Shown here: piece by piece, positions 9,815-19,098 of the stretch | Position numbering within the stretch: position 1 is the stretch's first letter | Layout of the letters: every line of letters begins with the position of its first letter | From: a virus | Taxonomy: Duplodnaviria; Caudoviricetes | Length of the DNA stretch: 64,000 bases | Strand: one strand, 5' to 3' | IMG/VR virus record: IMGVR_UViG_2775507243_000004 | Span: 1-64,000 of that record | Program-made: the position numbers and the translations under genes | The notes under the pieces: generated by a model | Seen by the model: only the letters and a program-made list of their open reading frames with translations | What the model was told of the DNA's origin: nothing | Databases searched by the model: none

Positions 9815-9917
9815 CCGAACGAGCGAACCCCGCAGCGAGAGGCAGGGGGAGGCGAATCCTTTTAAGGTTTTTCAAATCCCCCTCCACCTCTTCTTCAAAA
9901 GGGCAAAAGGGCAAAAC

Positions 9918-10385
9918 ATGGGATTTATTGCAGCACAAAAAAATGGCGAAACCTTGGAACCGCTGATTAAAAACAGCGGCTTCTGGCCAGATATCGATAT
10001 GGCCGACGCGCACTTAGCTTTACGCCTCGATGGCACAGTCACCGAGCCAAGGCTAAGAGTGGCGCTGATTGCGGCGATGGCCAGCGCGAATCAAGACCTA
10101 CGCAAATTTAAAGCCAAGCATCTGGCCGATGGCATCCAGAACTTGGCCGAGGTTGAAAGCGAAACACTGGATTGCCAGAGCGTATTAGTCAGCCATTACA
10201 TCCGCGCGGTGTACTGCTTAGCCAAAGCCAACCTGACCGAGCGTTACCTTGATTTTGATAGCACCGGCGACGGCCACAACAAGGCGGATCAATTGCTTGA
10301 CCCCATCGAAGACCTACGCCGTGACGCACGTTGGGCGATTCGAGACTTACTCGGATCAAACCGCGCCAGTGTCGAGCTGATCTGA
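9918..10385 (+). CDS. Head completion protein (gpL)
   Basis: FWPDID, YIRAVY, DARWAI. Confidence 0.9.
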   Translation: MGFIAAQKNGETLEPLIKNSGFWPDIDMADAHLALRLDGTVTEPRLRVALIAAMASANQDLRKFKAKHLADGIQNLAEVESETLDCQSVLVSHYIRAVYCLAKANLTERYLDFDSTGDGHNKADQLLDPIEDLRRDARWAIRDLLGSNRASVELI

Positions 10386-10591
10386 TGCAGGTCGTTGCAA
10401 GCCAGGGCGACACGCTGGACGAGATCTGCTTTCGGGTTTACGGCAAAACCGCCGGTATCACTGAGGCCGTGCTCGCCGCCAATCACCGGCTGGCCGATAT
10501 GGGGCCAGTGCTCAAAATGGGCACCGTGGTTGAGCTGCCCAACGTCAGCCCACCCGAAGCTAAAAAAACCATCATTCAACTATGGGACTAA
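10385..10591 (+). CDS. Tail protein X
   Basis: QGDTLDEIC...IQLWD. Confidence 0.9.
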   Translation: MQVVASQGDTLDEICFRVYGKTAGITEAVLAANHRLADMGPVLKMGTVVELPNVSPPEAKKTIIQLWD

Positions 10592-10595
10592 CCCA

Positions 10596-10964
10596 ATGAC
10601 CGAACCCCTCACCGGCACTGCCGCTTCATTCACCGTATTTTTACTCACCATTGCGGGGCTATTTTCAGGCATCCACGCCGACGTATTGATGGGCAGTTTT
10701 GCGGGGGCCGTGGTGTTTATCATGACCGCGCAAAAGCTCAGCGTTTTACAGAAGATCGTTTTCTTTTTAACCGCATTTGTGGCCGGTTGTGTCGCTGCCA
10801 AACTGGTGGCGGATCTGATCGCCATTCCCCTACCGGCTTCGATTGTGGTTAGCGAAGGCATCGGCGCACTGATTGCGGGAGCGATCAGCATGAAGCTGCT
10901 GCAATGGCTGATCTTGCGAGCCGAACACCCCGAGGACTTGCTCAATATCAGGGGTAAAAAATGA
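10596..10964 (+). CDS. Putative holin
   Basis: Multi-TM, GSFAGAVVF, position in the lysis cassette. Confidence 0.75.
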   Translation: MTEPLTGTAASFTVFLLTIAGLFSGIHADVLMGSFAGAVVFIMTAQKLSVLQKIVFFLTAFVAGCVAAKLVADLIAIPLPASIVVSEGIGALIAGAISMKLLQWLILRAEHPEDLLNIRGKK

Positions 10965-11446
10965 ACCTCTATTTACTCATCAGCGTGCTGGCCTGCCTCT
11001 TTGCGGCGCTCAGCATTGCCCTATTCAATCGAAACAGCAAAGCCCATCGCCTAGGCATTTGTATTTTTGCTTATGGCTTAACCGTCTATTACGGCCTGAC
11101 TGCTATTCGCCTACTGATGGGCATCACGGCCACCAGTCCCACACACACCTTTTTACTGCTGTTTAGCGGTGTTTATTTCTGCTTTAAGCGCGGCAACGTC
11201 AGCGATTTATGGGCCGCTTTGGCATGGCCTATTCAGAAATTATTAAACAAGGAGCCTCACATTGAACACCTCGCCCCAGCTCTCCCCGCACTTCAGCCTG
11301 CGCGAATTCACCGCCAGCCAAACCGCAGCTCTGTACAACATCGACAACAGCCTGCCCGTAAACATGCTCGAAAACGCGGCGTACACCTGCGAGCAACTCG
11401 AAAAAGTCCGAGCCATACTCGGAAACAATCCCCTCATTATTACTAG
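10961..11446 (+). CDS. Second holin-like membrane protein (3' end uncertain)
   Basis: Three TM segments ending in RGNV; the C-terminal part overlaps the endolysin. Confidence 0.55.
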   Translation: MNLYLLISVLACLFAALSIALFNRNSKAHRLGICIFAYGLTVYYGLTAIRLLMGITATSPTHTFLLLFSGVYFCFKRGNVSDLWAALAWPIQKLLNKEPHIEHLAPALPALQPARIHRQPNRSSVQHRQQPARKHARKRGVHLRATRKSPSHTRKQSPHYY

Positions 11447-11726
11447 CGGCTGGCGTAACCCTGCATTAAATAAAGCGGTCGGTGGCAGCGCCAGCAGCGA
11501 TCACGCCACCGCCCGCGCTGTAGATATTCGCTGCCCGAAGTTTGGCACAGCCAGAACGATTGCAAGGACTTTGGCCGCCTCTAACATCGAGTTCGATCAA
11601 TTGATTTTAGAGTCCCCCACGCTGCCAAGTGCATGGGTACACATCGGCTTTCGTAAAGGGGCCAACCGGCGGCAAGTGCTAACTAAGTTTGCTGGAAATA
11701 AAACCTATTTTGCGGGGATTAAATGA
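11262..11726 (+). CDS. Endolysin, peptidase M15 family
   Basis: LSPHFSLREF, SGWR...SDH...AVD, WVHIG. Confidence 0.88.
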   Translation: MNTSPQLSPHFSLREFTASQTAALYNIDNSLPVNMLENAAYTCEQLEKVRAILGNNPLIITSGWRNPALNKAVGGSASSDHATARAVDIRCPKFGTARTIARTLAASNIEFDQLILESPTLPSAWVHIGFRKGANRRQVLTKFAGNKTYFAGIK

Positions 11727-12181
11727 GCCGACTCACCGCCCTTGCCCTTGTTGCCTTGTGCTTTCTGGCCGCGCTACTGATTGCAATCAATTTGCACCAA
11801 GGCCAGAAGCACAAAGCCGAGTTGCTGCAAATAGAACTCAGCGCTAGCGAGCAAGACAAGGCCCAGCAAGCGGCCTTGCTTGTGCAGCTTTACAAAGTCA
11901 GTAGCGACAACGACAGCGCCCAAGCCGACTTACGCAGCAGCCTTGAAAGCGTCAACACCGCGCTACTTCAAAACAAACGCGCCATGGAGCAACTTAAAAA
12001 TGAAAGCAAAGAAGTCAGGGATTGGGCTGATACTCGCCTGCCTGCTGATGTTGTCCGCCTGCGCCAGCGCCCCGAAATCGCCAGCGGTGCAGCTTATCGA
12101 GATTGGCTGTCCCACCGTGACGGCTTGCCGCCTGCCAGCGATCCAAGCCCAAACCAACGGCGAGCTAAATCAAGCGATTGA
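11723..12181 (+). CDS. LysB/Rz-like i-spanin
   Basis: N-terminal TM, coiled coil, WADTRLP. Confidence 0.85.
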   Translation: MSRLTALALVALCFLAALLIAINLHQGQKHKAELLQIELSASEQDKAQQAALLVQLYKVSSDNDSAQADLRSSLESVNTALLQNKRAMEQLKNESKEVRDWADTRLPADVVRLRQRPEIASGAAYRDWLSHRDGLPPASDPSPNQRRAKSSD

Positions 12182-12266
12182 TGATCTGGAAGCCGCGTGG
12201 CATCACTGCGCGGCGCAAGTCGATATGGTGCTGAAGTGCCAACAAACCGCTAAGGCCGCCCAATGA
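12000..12266 (+). CDS. LysC/Rz1-like o-spanin
   Basis: Lipobox LSAC, CPTVTAC, TNGEL; overlaps LysB. Confidence 0.8.
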   Translation: MKAKKSGIGLILACLLMLSACASAPKSPAVQLIEIGCPTVTACRLPAIQAQTNGELNQAIDDLEAAWHHCAAQVDMVLKCQQTAKAAQ

Positions 12267-12725
12267 TTAAGCCTGCCGACCTACGCGAATACCTGTCTAA
12301 AACAGTGCGCCACCTTGCCCACAACCCCGATAAGCTCGCCATTTTTATTGATGAAGGCAAGCTGATTGCCACAGCGGGCAAGTCGCTTTCTTTTGAGTAT
12401 CAATACACGCTCAATCTGATTATTCAAGACTACGCCGACCATCCCGACACCATTATGGTGCCGATGCTGGCTTGGGTAAGCAGCAATCAGCCCGAGCTGT
12501 TTAGTAATGTAGACAAGCGCCAGAATGGCATTAGCTTTGAAGCGGATATCCTGGAACCACGACACCATCGACCTTGCAATCAAGATCAATTTGACTGAAC
12601 GCGTGGTGGTGCGAGAGGTAGACGGCAAGCCCGTCATCACCCATTACGGCGAGCCGCCGCTGGATGAATACTCGGGGCAAGATTGGGCTTTATTCTTGCG
12701 CGATCAGCCGTGGCCAGTTGAATGA
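12263..12725 (+). pseudogene. Tail completion gpR, frameshifted near 12553
   Basis: LSFEYQYTL...FEADIL continues as NHDTIDLAIKINLTERVVV in another frame. Confidence 0.85.
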
Positions 12726-13174
12726 GCGACAACTTTAAAGAGCTGGAAGGCTGGGCTTCAGGCTTGCTTGGCAATCTGGACGCCAAAGCATTACGCGCCA
12801 TGAATAAAAAGCTAGCGACCGAGCTACGCAAGCGCCAGCAAGCCCATATCGCCGCCAATCAAAACCCAGACGGCACGCCCTACGCACCCCGCTTGCCGCA
12901 GATGCGAAAGAAAGGCGGACGCATTAAGCGCAAGATGTTTACTAAACTGCGCACCGCCCGCCATCTTAAAACCCAAAGCAATAGCGATGCGGCCGCCGTA
13001 CATTTCAGCCCCAGCGCCAACCGCCTTGCCCGCGTTCACCATTTTGGTTTAGTCGATAGGGTCAATGCCAAGCGCGGCATCAGGCACAAATACGCGGTGC
13101 GTGAATTGCTAGGGTTTAATCAAAGCGACGATGAGTTCATCGCCGACACCCTCCTCAGCCAAATCAGCAAGTAA
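12722..13174 (+). CDS. Tail completion/virion morphogenesis gpS
   Basis: QNPDGTPYAPR, ARVHHFG, RELLG. Confidence 0.9.
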   Translation: MSDNFKELEGWASGLLGNLDAKALRAMNKKLATELRKRQQAHIAANQNPDGTPYAPRLPQMRKKGGRIKRKMFTKLRTARHLKTQSNSDAAAVHFSPSANRLARVHHFGLVDRVNAKRGIRHKYAVRELLGFNQSDDEFIADTLLSQISK

Positions 13175-13193
13175 TGTAAAAGCCCACCTCACA
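13175..13193 (+). promoter_or_regulatory. Late activator box for the V operon
   Basis: TGTAAAAGCCCACCTCACA; CACTAT at 13228. Confidence 0.65.
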
Positions 13194-13239
13194 CCCGCCC
13201 GTGCGTGAACATCGCGCACCGGCGCGGCACTATGGCGCA

Positions 13240-13917
13240 ATGAATCAAACAGCCGAACATTCCCGAATTTTAGAAAGCCTGATCCGCATCGGCACCGTGG
13301 CCGAAGTGGATCACGACAACGCGCTCTGCCGTGTGCAAAGCGGCGAACTGCTGACCGACTGGCTACCGTGGATTACCGCGCGTGCGGGCAAGGTGCGGAT
13401 CTGGAATCCGCCCAGCATCGGCGAGCAAGTCGTTCTATTTAGCCAATCCGGCGAAGTGGGCGCGGGCGTGCTTTTACCTGGGCTATTTTCAGACGCCTTT
13501 CCGCCGCCCAGCCATGACGCCAGCGTCACTTGCATCGCGTTTCCGGATGGGGCGCTAGTTAGTTACAACCACGGCAGCGGCGCATTGAACGCCACCGGCA
13601 TCAAAACCGCGCTGATTCAAGCCTCGGATCATGTCACCGTCGATTGTCCTGAAACGACCACCACCGGCAACCTCACCGTCGGCGGGGATCTGAGTGTTAA
13701 GGGCGACAGCACACTAAAAGGTAAAGCGGATGTACTGGGCGCGTTTAGCTACGCCGCAGGCATGAGTGGTACCGGCGGGGCAAGTGGCGGCGCAACGACG
13801 ATTACTGGCCCGATTACCCAAAGCGGCGGCGCGATTACCAGTAATGGCGTGGTTTTAGATCGCCACACCCATGGCGGCGTACAGTCTGGCGGTAGTAGCA
13901 CCGGCGGGCCGAAATAA
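13240..13917 (+). CDS. Baseplate spike gpV
   Basis: LIRIGTV, WLPW, PSIGEQV, C-terminal HTH iron-binding motif. Confidence 0.92.
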   Translation: MNQTAEHSRILESLIRIGTVAEVDHDNALCRVQSGELLTDWLPWITARAGKVRIWNPPSIGEQVVLFSQSGEVGAGVLLPGLFSDAFPPPSHDASVTCIAFPDGALVSYNHGSGALNATGIKTALIQASDHVTVDCPETTTTGNLTVGGDLSVKGDSTLKGKADVLGAFSYAAGMSGTGGASGGATTITGPITQSGGAITSNGVVLDRHTHGGVQSGGSSTGGPK

Positions 13918-14267
13918 TGGCGGGCCTAAACAGACACAGCGGCCATGCGATTGATGATCTGGCGCATATCCAGCAATCAGTGGCCGATGTACTCACTACT
14001 CCGCTGGGTAGCCGCTTAATGCGCCGCGACTATGGCTCTGAAATTCCCGCGCTAATCGATCAGCCTTTAAATGGGGCTACCCGCTTGCGCGTGATGGCCG
14101 CAACCGCCACCGCGCTTAAAAAGTGGGAACCCCGTATCCGCGCCCAGCGCGTCACTTTAGAGCTGGGCCAGCAACACGGCTCACTCAGCATCACGCTAGA
14201 AGCCGAACGCATCGATGGCCCACGCGGCCAGCAGTCGGTGGCGCTTTCTATTCCTCTGCGAGCCTAA
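13917..14267 (+). CDS. Baseplate gpW (gp25-like)
   Basis: LTTPLGSRLMRRDYGS, WEPRI. Confidence 0.92.
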   Translation: MAGLNRHSGHAIDDLAHIQQSVADVLTTPLGSRLMRRDYGSEIPALIDQPLNGATRLRVMAATATALKKWEPRIRAQRVTLELGQQHGSLSITLEAERIDGPRGQQSVALSIPLRA

Positions 14268-14270
14268 GCC

Positions 14271-15170
14271 ATGAAAAGCCAAGAAGTAGACCTCTCCCGC
14301 TTACCCCCGCCCAAGCTCATCGAGGCGCTGGATTTTGAAACGATCTTTAAGGAGCGCAAAACCAAGCTAATCGAGCTATACCCCGATGCGGCCGCCGTGC
14401 TGAGCCTGGAATCGGAACCGCTCACCAAGCTGTTACAAGAAAACGCTTACCGCGAATTGATCCAGCGGCAACGGATTAACGAACGCGGCGCGGCTTGCAT
14501 GTTGGCGTTTAGCCAGGGGAATGATTTAGATAATCTAGTGGCTAATTTTAATGTGCAGCGCTTTGTCATTTCGCCCGCCAATCCAAACGCGGTACCGCCC
14601 ACCGATGCGATTTTAGAAACCGATGATTCATTACGCGCACGCGGCCAGCGGGCTTTTGAAGGCTTAAGCGTGGCAGGGCCAAGGTCTGCTTATATATTCC
14701 ACGCGCTTTCGGCTGACGCCCGCGTGGCCGATGCAAGCGCCATCAGTCCCCAGCCCTGTGAAGTAGTGGTCAGTGTGCTGGCGAATGATGGCGACGGCAG
14801 CGCACCCGCTGATTTACTTAGCAAAGTAAAGCTAGCGCTATCAGGTGAAGAGGTGCGGCCCGTCGGCGACCGGCTTACCGTGCAGTCGGCCAAGATCGTC
14901 AATTACGCTATCACCGCCGTTTTATATCTTTACCAAGGCCCAGAAAAAGGCCCGATTTTAGAAGCCGCCCACGCCCAGCTTAAAAAATACATCAGCACCC
15001 AGCGCCGCATGGGGCGCGATATTCGGCAATCGGCCATCTTTGCCGCGCTGCATGTAGAAGGCGTCCAGCGGGTCGAACTCGTGTCGCCGGCCAAAGATGT
15101 GGTGCTTGATGAAACACAAGCCGCGCATTGCACCGCCGTGGATATCAGCGTCGGCGGCATCGATGACTAA
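14271..15170 (+). CDS. Baseplate gpJ
   Basis: DLSRLPPP, SVAGP, VRPVGDR. Confidence 0.93.
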   Translation: MKSQEVDLSRLPPPKLIEALDFETIFKERKTKLIELYPDAAAVLSLESEPLTKLLQENAYRELIQRQRINERGAACMLAFSQGNDLDNLVANFNVQRFVISPANPNAVPPTDAILETDDSLRARGQRAFEGLSVAGPRSAYIFHALSADARVADASAISPQPCEVVVSVLANDGDGSAPADLLSKVKLALSGEEVRPVGDRLTVQSAKIVNYAITAVLYLYQGPEKGPILEAAHAQLKKYISTQRRMGRDIRQSAIFAALHVEGVQRVELVSPAKDVVLDETQAAHCTAVDISVGGIDD

Positions 15171-15711
15171 ATCACTGCTCCCTACTGGCTCCAGCAAGCT
15201 AGAGCGCGCCATCGCCCAAAGCTGCCAATCAGGGCAAGAGCTGCCTATTTTGCTGGCGGCGCTTTGGAATGCCGACACCTGCCCCAAAGCCGCCTTACCG
15301 TATTTAGCCTGGGCTTTCTCAGTAGACCGATGGGACGAGAACTGGAGCGAACCAGTACAGCGGGAAGTGATTCGCCAATCGTTCTTTGTACATCAGCACA
15401 AGGGCACCATCGGCGCATTAAAACGCATCGTCGAGCCGCTGGGTTATCGCTTAGAGATCACCGAATGGTGGGAAGAAAACCCCGTCGGCCCGCGTGGCAC
15501 CTTCAAGCTGGAAGTCAAAACCATAGACCAAGGCATGACCGAAGAAACCCAGATCGAGCTGAATTATTTAATTGACGAAGCCAAGCCGCTCTCGCGCCAC
15601 CTGATCGAAATGAATATCAGCGTCGAGCCGCGTGGTTTGCTCTATATCGGCATCGCGGAATATCAGGGCGAAGTCATCAATATCTACCCGAAGGCCACAA
15701 GCACACCATGA
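15163..15711 (+). CDS. Tail protein gpI
   Basis: LPYLAWAFSVD, HKGTIGA, EWWE. Confidence 0.92.
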   Translation: MTKSLLPTGSSKLERAIAQSCQSGQELPILLAALWNADTCPKAALPYLAWAFSVDRWDENWSEPVQREVIRQSFFVHQHKGTIGALKRIVEPLGYRLEITEWWEENPVGPRGTFKLEVKTIDQGMTEETQIELNYLIDEAKPLSRHLIEMNISVEPRGLLYIGIAEYQGEVINIYPKATSTP

Positions 15712-18452
15712 CCCAAAAATACTTTGCCATCCTCACCCAATACGGCGCGGCCCAGATTGCCGACGCCACCGCGCAAAAAAAGACCATCCATATTGAAAAA
15801 ATGGCCGTGGGTGATGGCGCGGGCAAAGACACCGTCCCCAATGACAAGCAAACCAAGCTCATCAAAGAAAACTACCGCAGCGCTTTAAACTCGCTTAAAT
15901 CCGAAGCGGGCAAGAATACGGTGATTGCTGAACTCATCATCAAGGAAACCATCGGTGGCTGGTGGATTCGGGAAATGGGCCTGTATGACGACAAAGGCGG
16001 CTTAGTGGCCGTTGCCAACTGCCCCGCCAGCTATAAGCCGCAATTAGCCGAAGGATCGGGCAAAGTACAAACTCTGCGTATGGTGTTTGTGGTCAGCAAC
16101 ACCGCCGCCGTCACGATCAGCGCAAGCCTAGATATTGGGATCGCCAGCATTGAGCTGGTCGAAGAAACCATGAAGAAACATATCAAGGACGACGATCCGC
16201 ATTCAAAAGATTATTACAATAAAAAAATCACCGATAAAACCAACGCAGACTTAAAAAAAGACCTCACCGCCACCGCCGTCAAAGAGGGGAGCCGTGGGCG
16301 CGATGAAGCGACAAAATACGCAGACGGCAGCAAGGTCGCCTTAACCGGCAATCAAACCATTGCAGGAAATAAGACACTGACCGGCGACACCGTCGTCAAT
16401 AAGATCACCGCCAAGGTGGACGTCGTTTCAGAAAATTCTTTGATTGCGATGCGCGACAATCCCAAATATGCCCCCGCAGTCAATCTCAGCAACAAAGCCT
16501 TAAGCAAAGCGGTAACGGATGCTTTACCCAATGGCAACTCAGAGCAAGTCGGCGCTTATTTAACCTATGCCGCCGATACGGAGTCCGGCTCTTTCCGTAA
16601 AACCGGCTCTTTAGAATTTAGAGTGGATAAGGAAGGGCTGACCCGTTCCATGTGGTCGGTCAACCACCGCGACGGCACATCAGGCGTGGTCGTCTTAAGC
16701 AAAGGTAGTTGCTCCTTTCCGGTGCCTATCTCTGCTCCTGATCCAACTCAAACGGCCAATGACTCATTTAAAGTGTCATCAAAATGGGTGAATGACAAAT
16801 TAGCGCCCTACTACCAAGAGCTGCCGCTGCTGCCCTCTGTTTCTGATTTAAATGATTACATCAATGATGGCTACACCTTCCAAGCCACCAATGTAAACGC
16901 AGCCAAAGGCACCAACTACCCCGTCCCGCTGGCGGGCCTGCTTGAAATCAAGGCCAACGGCACTTCATACATTTATCAGAAATACACCACCTACGATAAA
17001 TCTGAACAATTCACCCGCACACGATCCGCCAACCTGTTGTGGGCAGCGTGGGTAAAAGAAGTCAACGAGCAAAGCGGTATTGCGACGGACTCACAAAAAC
17101 TGGGCGGCAAGCTGGCAAACATGTACACGCTCAAAAGCGAGGCCGACGAGCGTTACCCAATATTTGCCGACTTAGGGGGCAAAGGGCTGGCACTTGAGGG
17201 GTGTGTAAACACTAACGCAAAAGGTCAAATTTCTAATGCAGTAGAGAACGACTGGACGCAGGGTGCATTCCACAACAGCAATCAGCCCACGGCACTAGAC
17301 AACAAAACAGCCTGGCTTGCCTCAATGCAAACTCAGTACAGCCAAGGCTATTCAGTCATCAGCAAAATCGGCACTTACCGAAGTGGCTGGCAGTTTGGCG
17401 CGTCTATGGTTTTTCAAATGACGGGCGAAGCAAACCGCCCTCTGGGACTTTGGGAGATGCGGCAAGATGGCGCGTTTATTTCAAAACACCTCACACTCAA
17501 TAAAACAGCAGAGCCTGCCGACTTCTCAAAAATCGTATTTGAAAAAAAATACCCTAGCGCCGAAAAGCAAATTTTAGGGGCAATCACTTGGGACTCTTTC
17601 AGGGATGTTTCCGCCGTATCCAATGTTGCCGCCATCTGGGCAGAAGGTGCAGGCACCGCTGCCAATTGGGGGGAGCTGCATTTTGGCGTCACCACCAATG
17701 GCGACGGCAACCTGCCGACTAAAATCATGTCGATCAGCGATGGCCGAGTTCTCACCAGCCAACTGCATACCTATTACCTAAAATCACGCGATCCAGCGGG
17801 CAGCATTGCGGATAGGGCCAGAGATTACGATGGCGTATCGAGCCTGCTGCGCTGGCAAAACTACGGCAACGGCCATGTGATCTTTGACGGCAGCAATGGC
17901 TTATCCCCTAGTGGCGGTGGAGTTAGCGTAGCCAATGCCACCGAGCCTTGGAGAGAAGCCTTCCCCGTTTTAATGGGCTGGAATGGTGAGAATACCCATG
18001 GTGTTCGTGTTGACTCATGCCGAACGGCTGACAAGCTGCTCGATGGCTCTTTCGGCGTACCAACCGGCGTCCCCGTCCCATGGCCCAGCAACACCCCGCC
18101 CGCTGGCTGGATCTTTTTACAGGGCCAGGGCATTAACCCAGCCGAAGCCCCTGTCCTTGCTTCGCTCTACGGTGCCACCCTGCCCGACCTGCGCGGCATG
18201 TATATCTCAGGCTGGGATGCGGGGCGCGGTATTGATCCGGGGCGAACCGTATTGAGCTATCAGGCCGCCAATGTGGGCGAACACCAGCACACCGTCCCCT
18301 TTGATGATGGCGGCTGGCTGCCTTACTCAGGTGGCGGGGGCCAGCCAGGGGTTAACTATGTGCGCCCCCAACCACGGGCTACGGTAGACGGTCCACAGGG
18401 CAGAACGCACCCGGATAACGTCGCATTTAATTACATCGTTCGGTGGGGATAA
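15708..18452 (+). CDS. Tail fibre gpH
   Basis: P2 H N-terminus (GGWWIREMGL), internal knob-like segment, C-terminal collar (PDLRG, NVAFNYIV). Confidence 0.9.
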   Translation: MTQKYFAILTQYGAAQIADATAQKKTIHIEKMAVGDGAGKDTVPNDKQTKLIKENYRSALNSLKSEAGKNTVIAELIIKETIGGWWIREMGLYDDKGGLVAVANCPASYKPQLAEGSGKVQTLRMVFVVSNTAAVTISASLDIGIASIELVEETMKKHIKDDDPHSKDYYNKKITDKTNADLKKDLTATAVKEGSRGRDEATKYADGSKVALTGNQTIAGNKTLTGDTVVNKITAKVDVVSENSLIAMRDNPKYAPAVNLSNKALSKAVTDALPNGNSEQVGAYLTYAADTESGSFRKTGSLEFRVDKEGLTRSMWSVNHRDGTSGVVVLSKGSCSFPVPISAPDPTQTANDSFKVSSKWVNDKLAPYYQELPLLPSVSDLNDYINDGYTFQATNVNAAKGTNYPVPLAGLLEIKANGTSYIYQKYTTYDKSEQFTRTRSANLLWAAWVKEVNEQSGIATDSQKLGGKLANMYTLKSEADERYPIFADLGGKGLALEGCVNTNAKGQISNAVENDWTQGAFHNSNQPTALDNKTAWLASMQTQYSQGYSVISKIGTYRSGWQFGASMVFQMTGEANRPLGLWEMRQDGAFISKHLTLNKTAEPADFSKIVFEKKYPSAEKQILGAITWDSFRDVSAVSNVAAIWAEGAGTAANWGELHFGVTTNGDGNLPTKIMSISDGRVLTSQLHTYYLKSRDPAGSIADRARDYDGVSSLLRWQNYGNGHVIFDGSNGLSPSGGGVSVANATEPWREAFPVLMGWNGENTHGVRVDSCRTADKLLDGSFGVPTGVPVPWPSNTPPAGWIFLQGQGINPAEAPVLASLYGATLPDLRGMYISGWDAGRGIDPGRTVLSYQAANVGEHQHTVPFDDGGWLPYSGGGGQPGVNYVRPQPRATVDGPQGRTHPDNVAFNYIVRWG

Positions 18453-18456
18453 TCCA

Positions 18457-19008
18457 ATGCTTAAGAACACCACAAAACCAGACAACACCCGCCCGGAACA
18501 GCGGCCAGAAACAAAACCCTTGCAGCCGGTTTCTTTCGATCAAGACGGCTTTGCCAGTCATGACGGCATCGTGGCTTGCTTTTGCCACGACACCCACACG
18601 CTCGAATATATCGGCAAGGCTGAAATGTGGGTGTCTAAAGATTGCGGCTTGCCTGCCGGTGCAGTGCTAGACGCGCCTAAGCTCAGGCCCGCTAAAAATA
18701 AAGCCGTCATTCGGAATAAGGCCGATCAGTGCTGGGCGCTGATTGAGGATTATCGAAAGATGATCGCTTACCAGACCAGCGACGGCGCAGCGCGTTTAAT
18801 TGATACGCTAGGCCCCATCCCCGAAGACTTCACCCTGCTACCGTATTTTGAAGGGGCGGTCTGGAACGGTAAAAAATGGCTGCCAGGTATTCAAGCCATT
18901 CCGCTGGTTTTAGCGGAAAGCGAGCAAGACCAGCTCACCGCTTTGCATGACAAATTAGCGCGTATGGAAGCCTTGCTGGCTCAGGTACTCAGCGAACCTG
19001 CTGTTTGA
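18457..19008 (+). CDS. Tail fibre assembly chaperone
   Basis: GLPA, WALIEDYR, WNGKKW; follows the fibre gene. Confidence 0.8.
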   Translation: MLKNTTKPDNTRPEQRPETKPLQPVSFDQDGFASHDGIVACFCHDTHTLEYIGKAEMWVSKDCGLPAGAVLDAPKLRPAKNKAVIRNKADQCWALIEDYRKMIAYQTSDGAARLIDTLGPIPEDFTLLPYFEGAVWNGKKWLPGIQAIPLVLAESEQDQLTALHDKLARMEALLAQVLSEPAV

Positions 19009-19011
19009 TGG

Positions 19012-19030
19012 TGTCGTTCCCCGCTTCACA
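19012..19030 (+). promoter_or_regulatory. Late activator box for the F operon
   Basis: TGTCGTTCCCCGCTTCACA; CATGAT at 19065. Confidence 0.65.
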
Positions 19031-19098
19031 ATCCCCAGTGAAAGCCAAGTAAAACAGAATCGCCCATGATGGCTCGGTCAATTCAAACCGAGGAAACC

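Noticed and set aside
11266-11446. Real C-terminal extension of the second holin over the endolysin
   Set aside because: Probably shadow read-through or a third frameshift (a TTGA start/stop overlap exists at 11262-11265 in another frame); cannot be resolved from the sequence
15708-19008. Invertible or DGR-diversified tail fibre
   Set aside because: No invertase, reverse transcriptase, inverted fibre copy or template repeat seen
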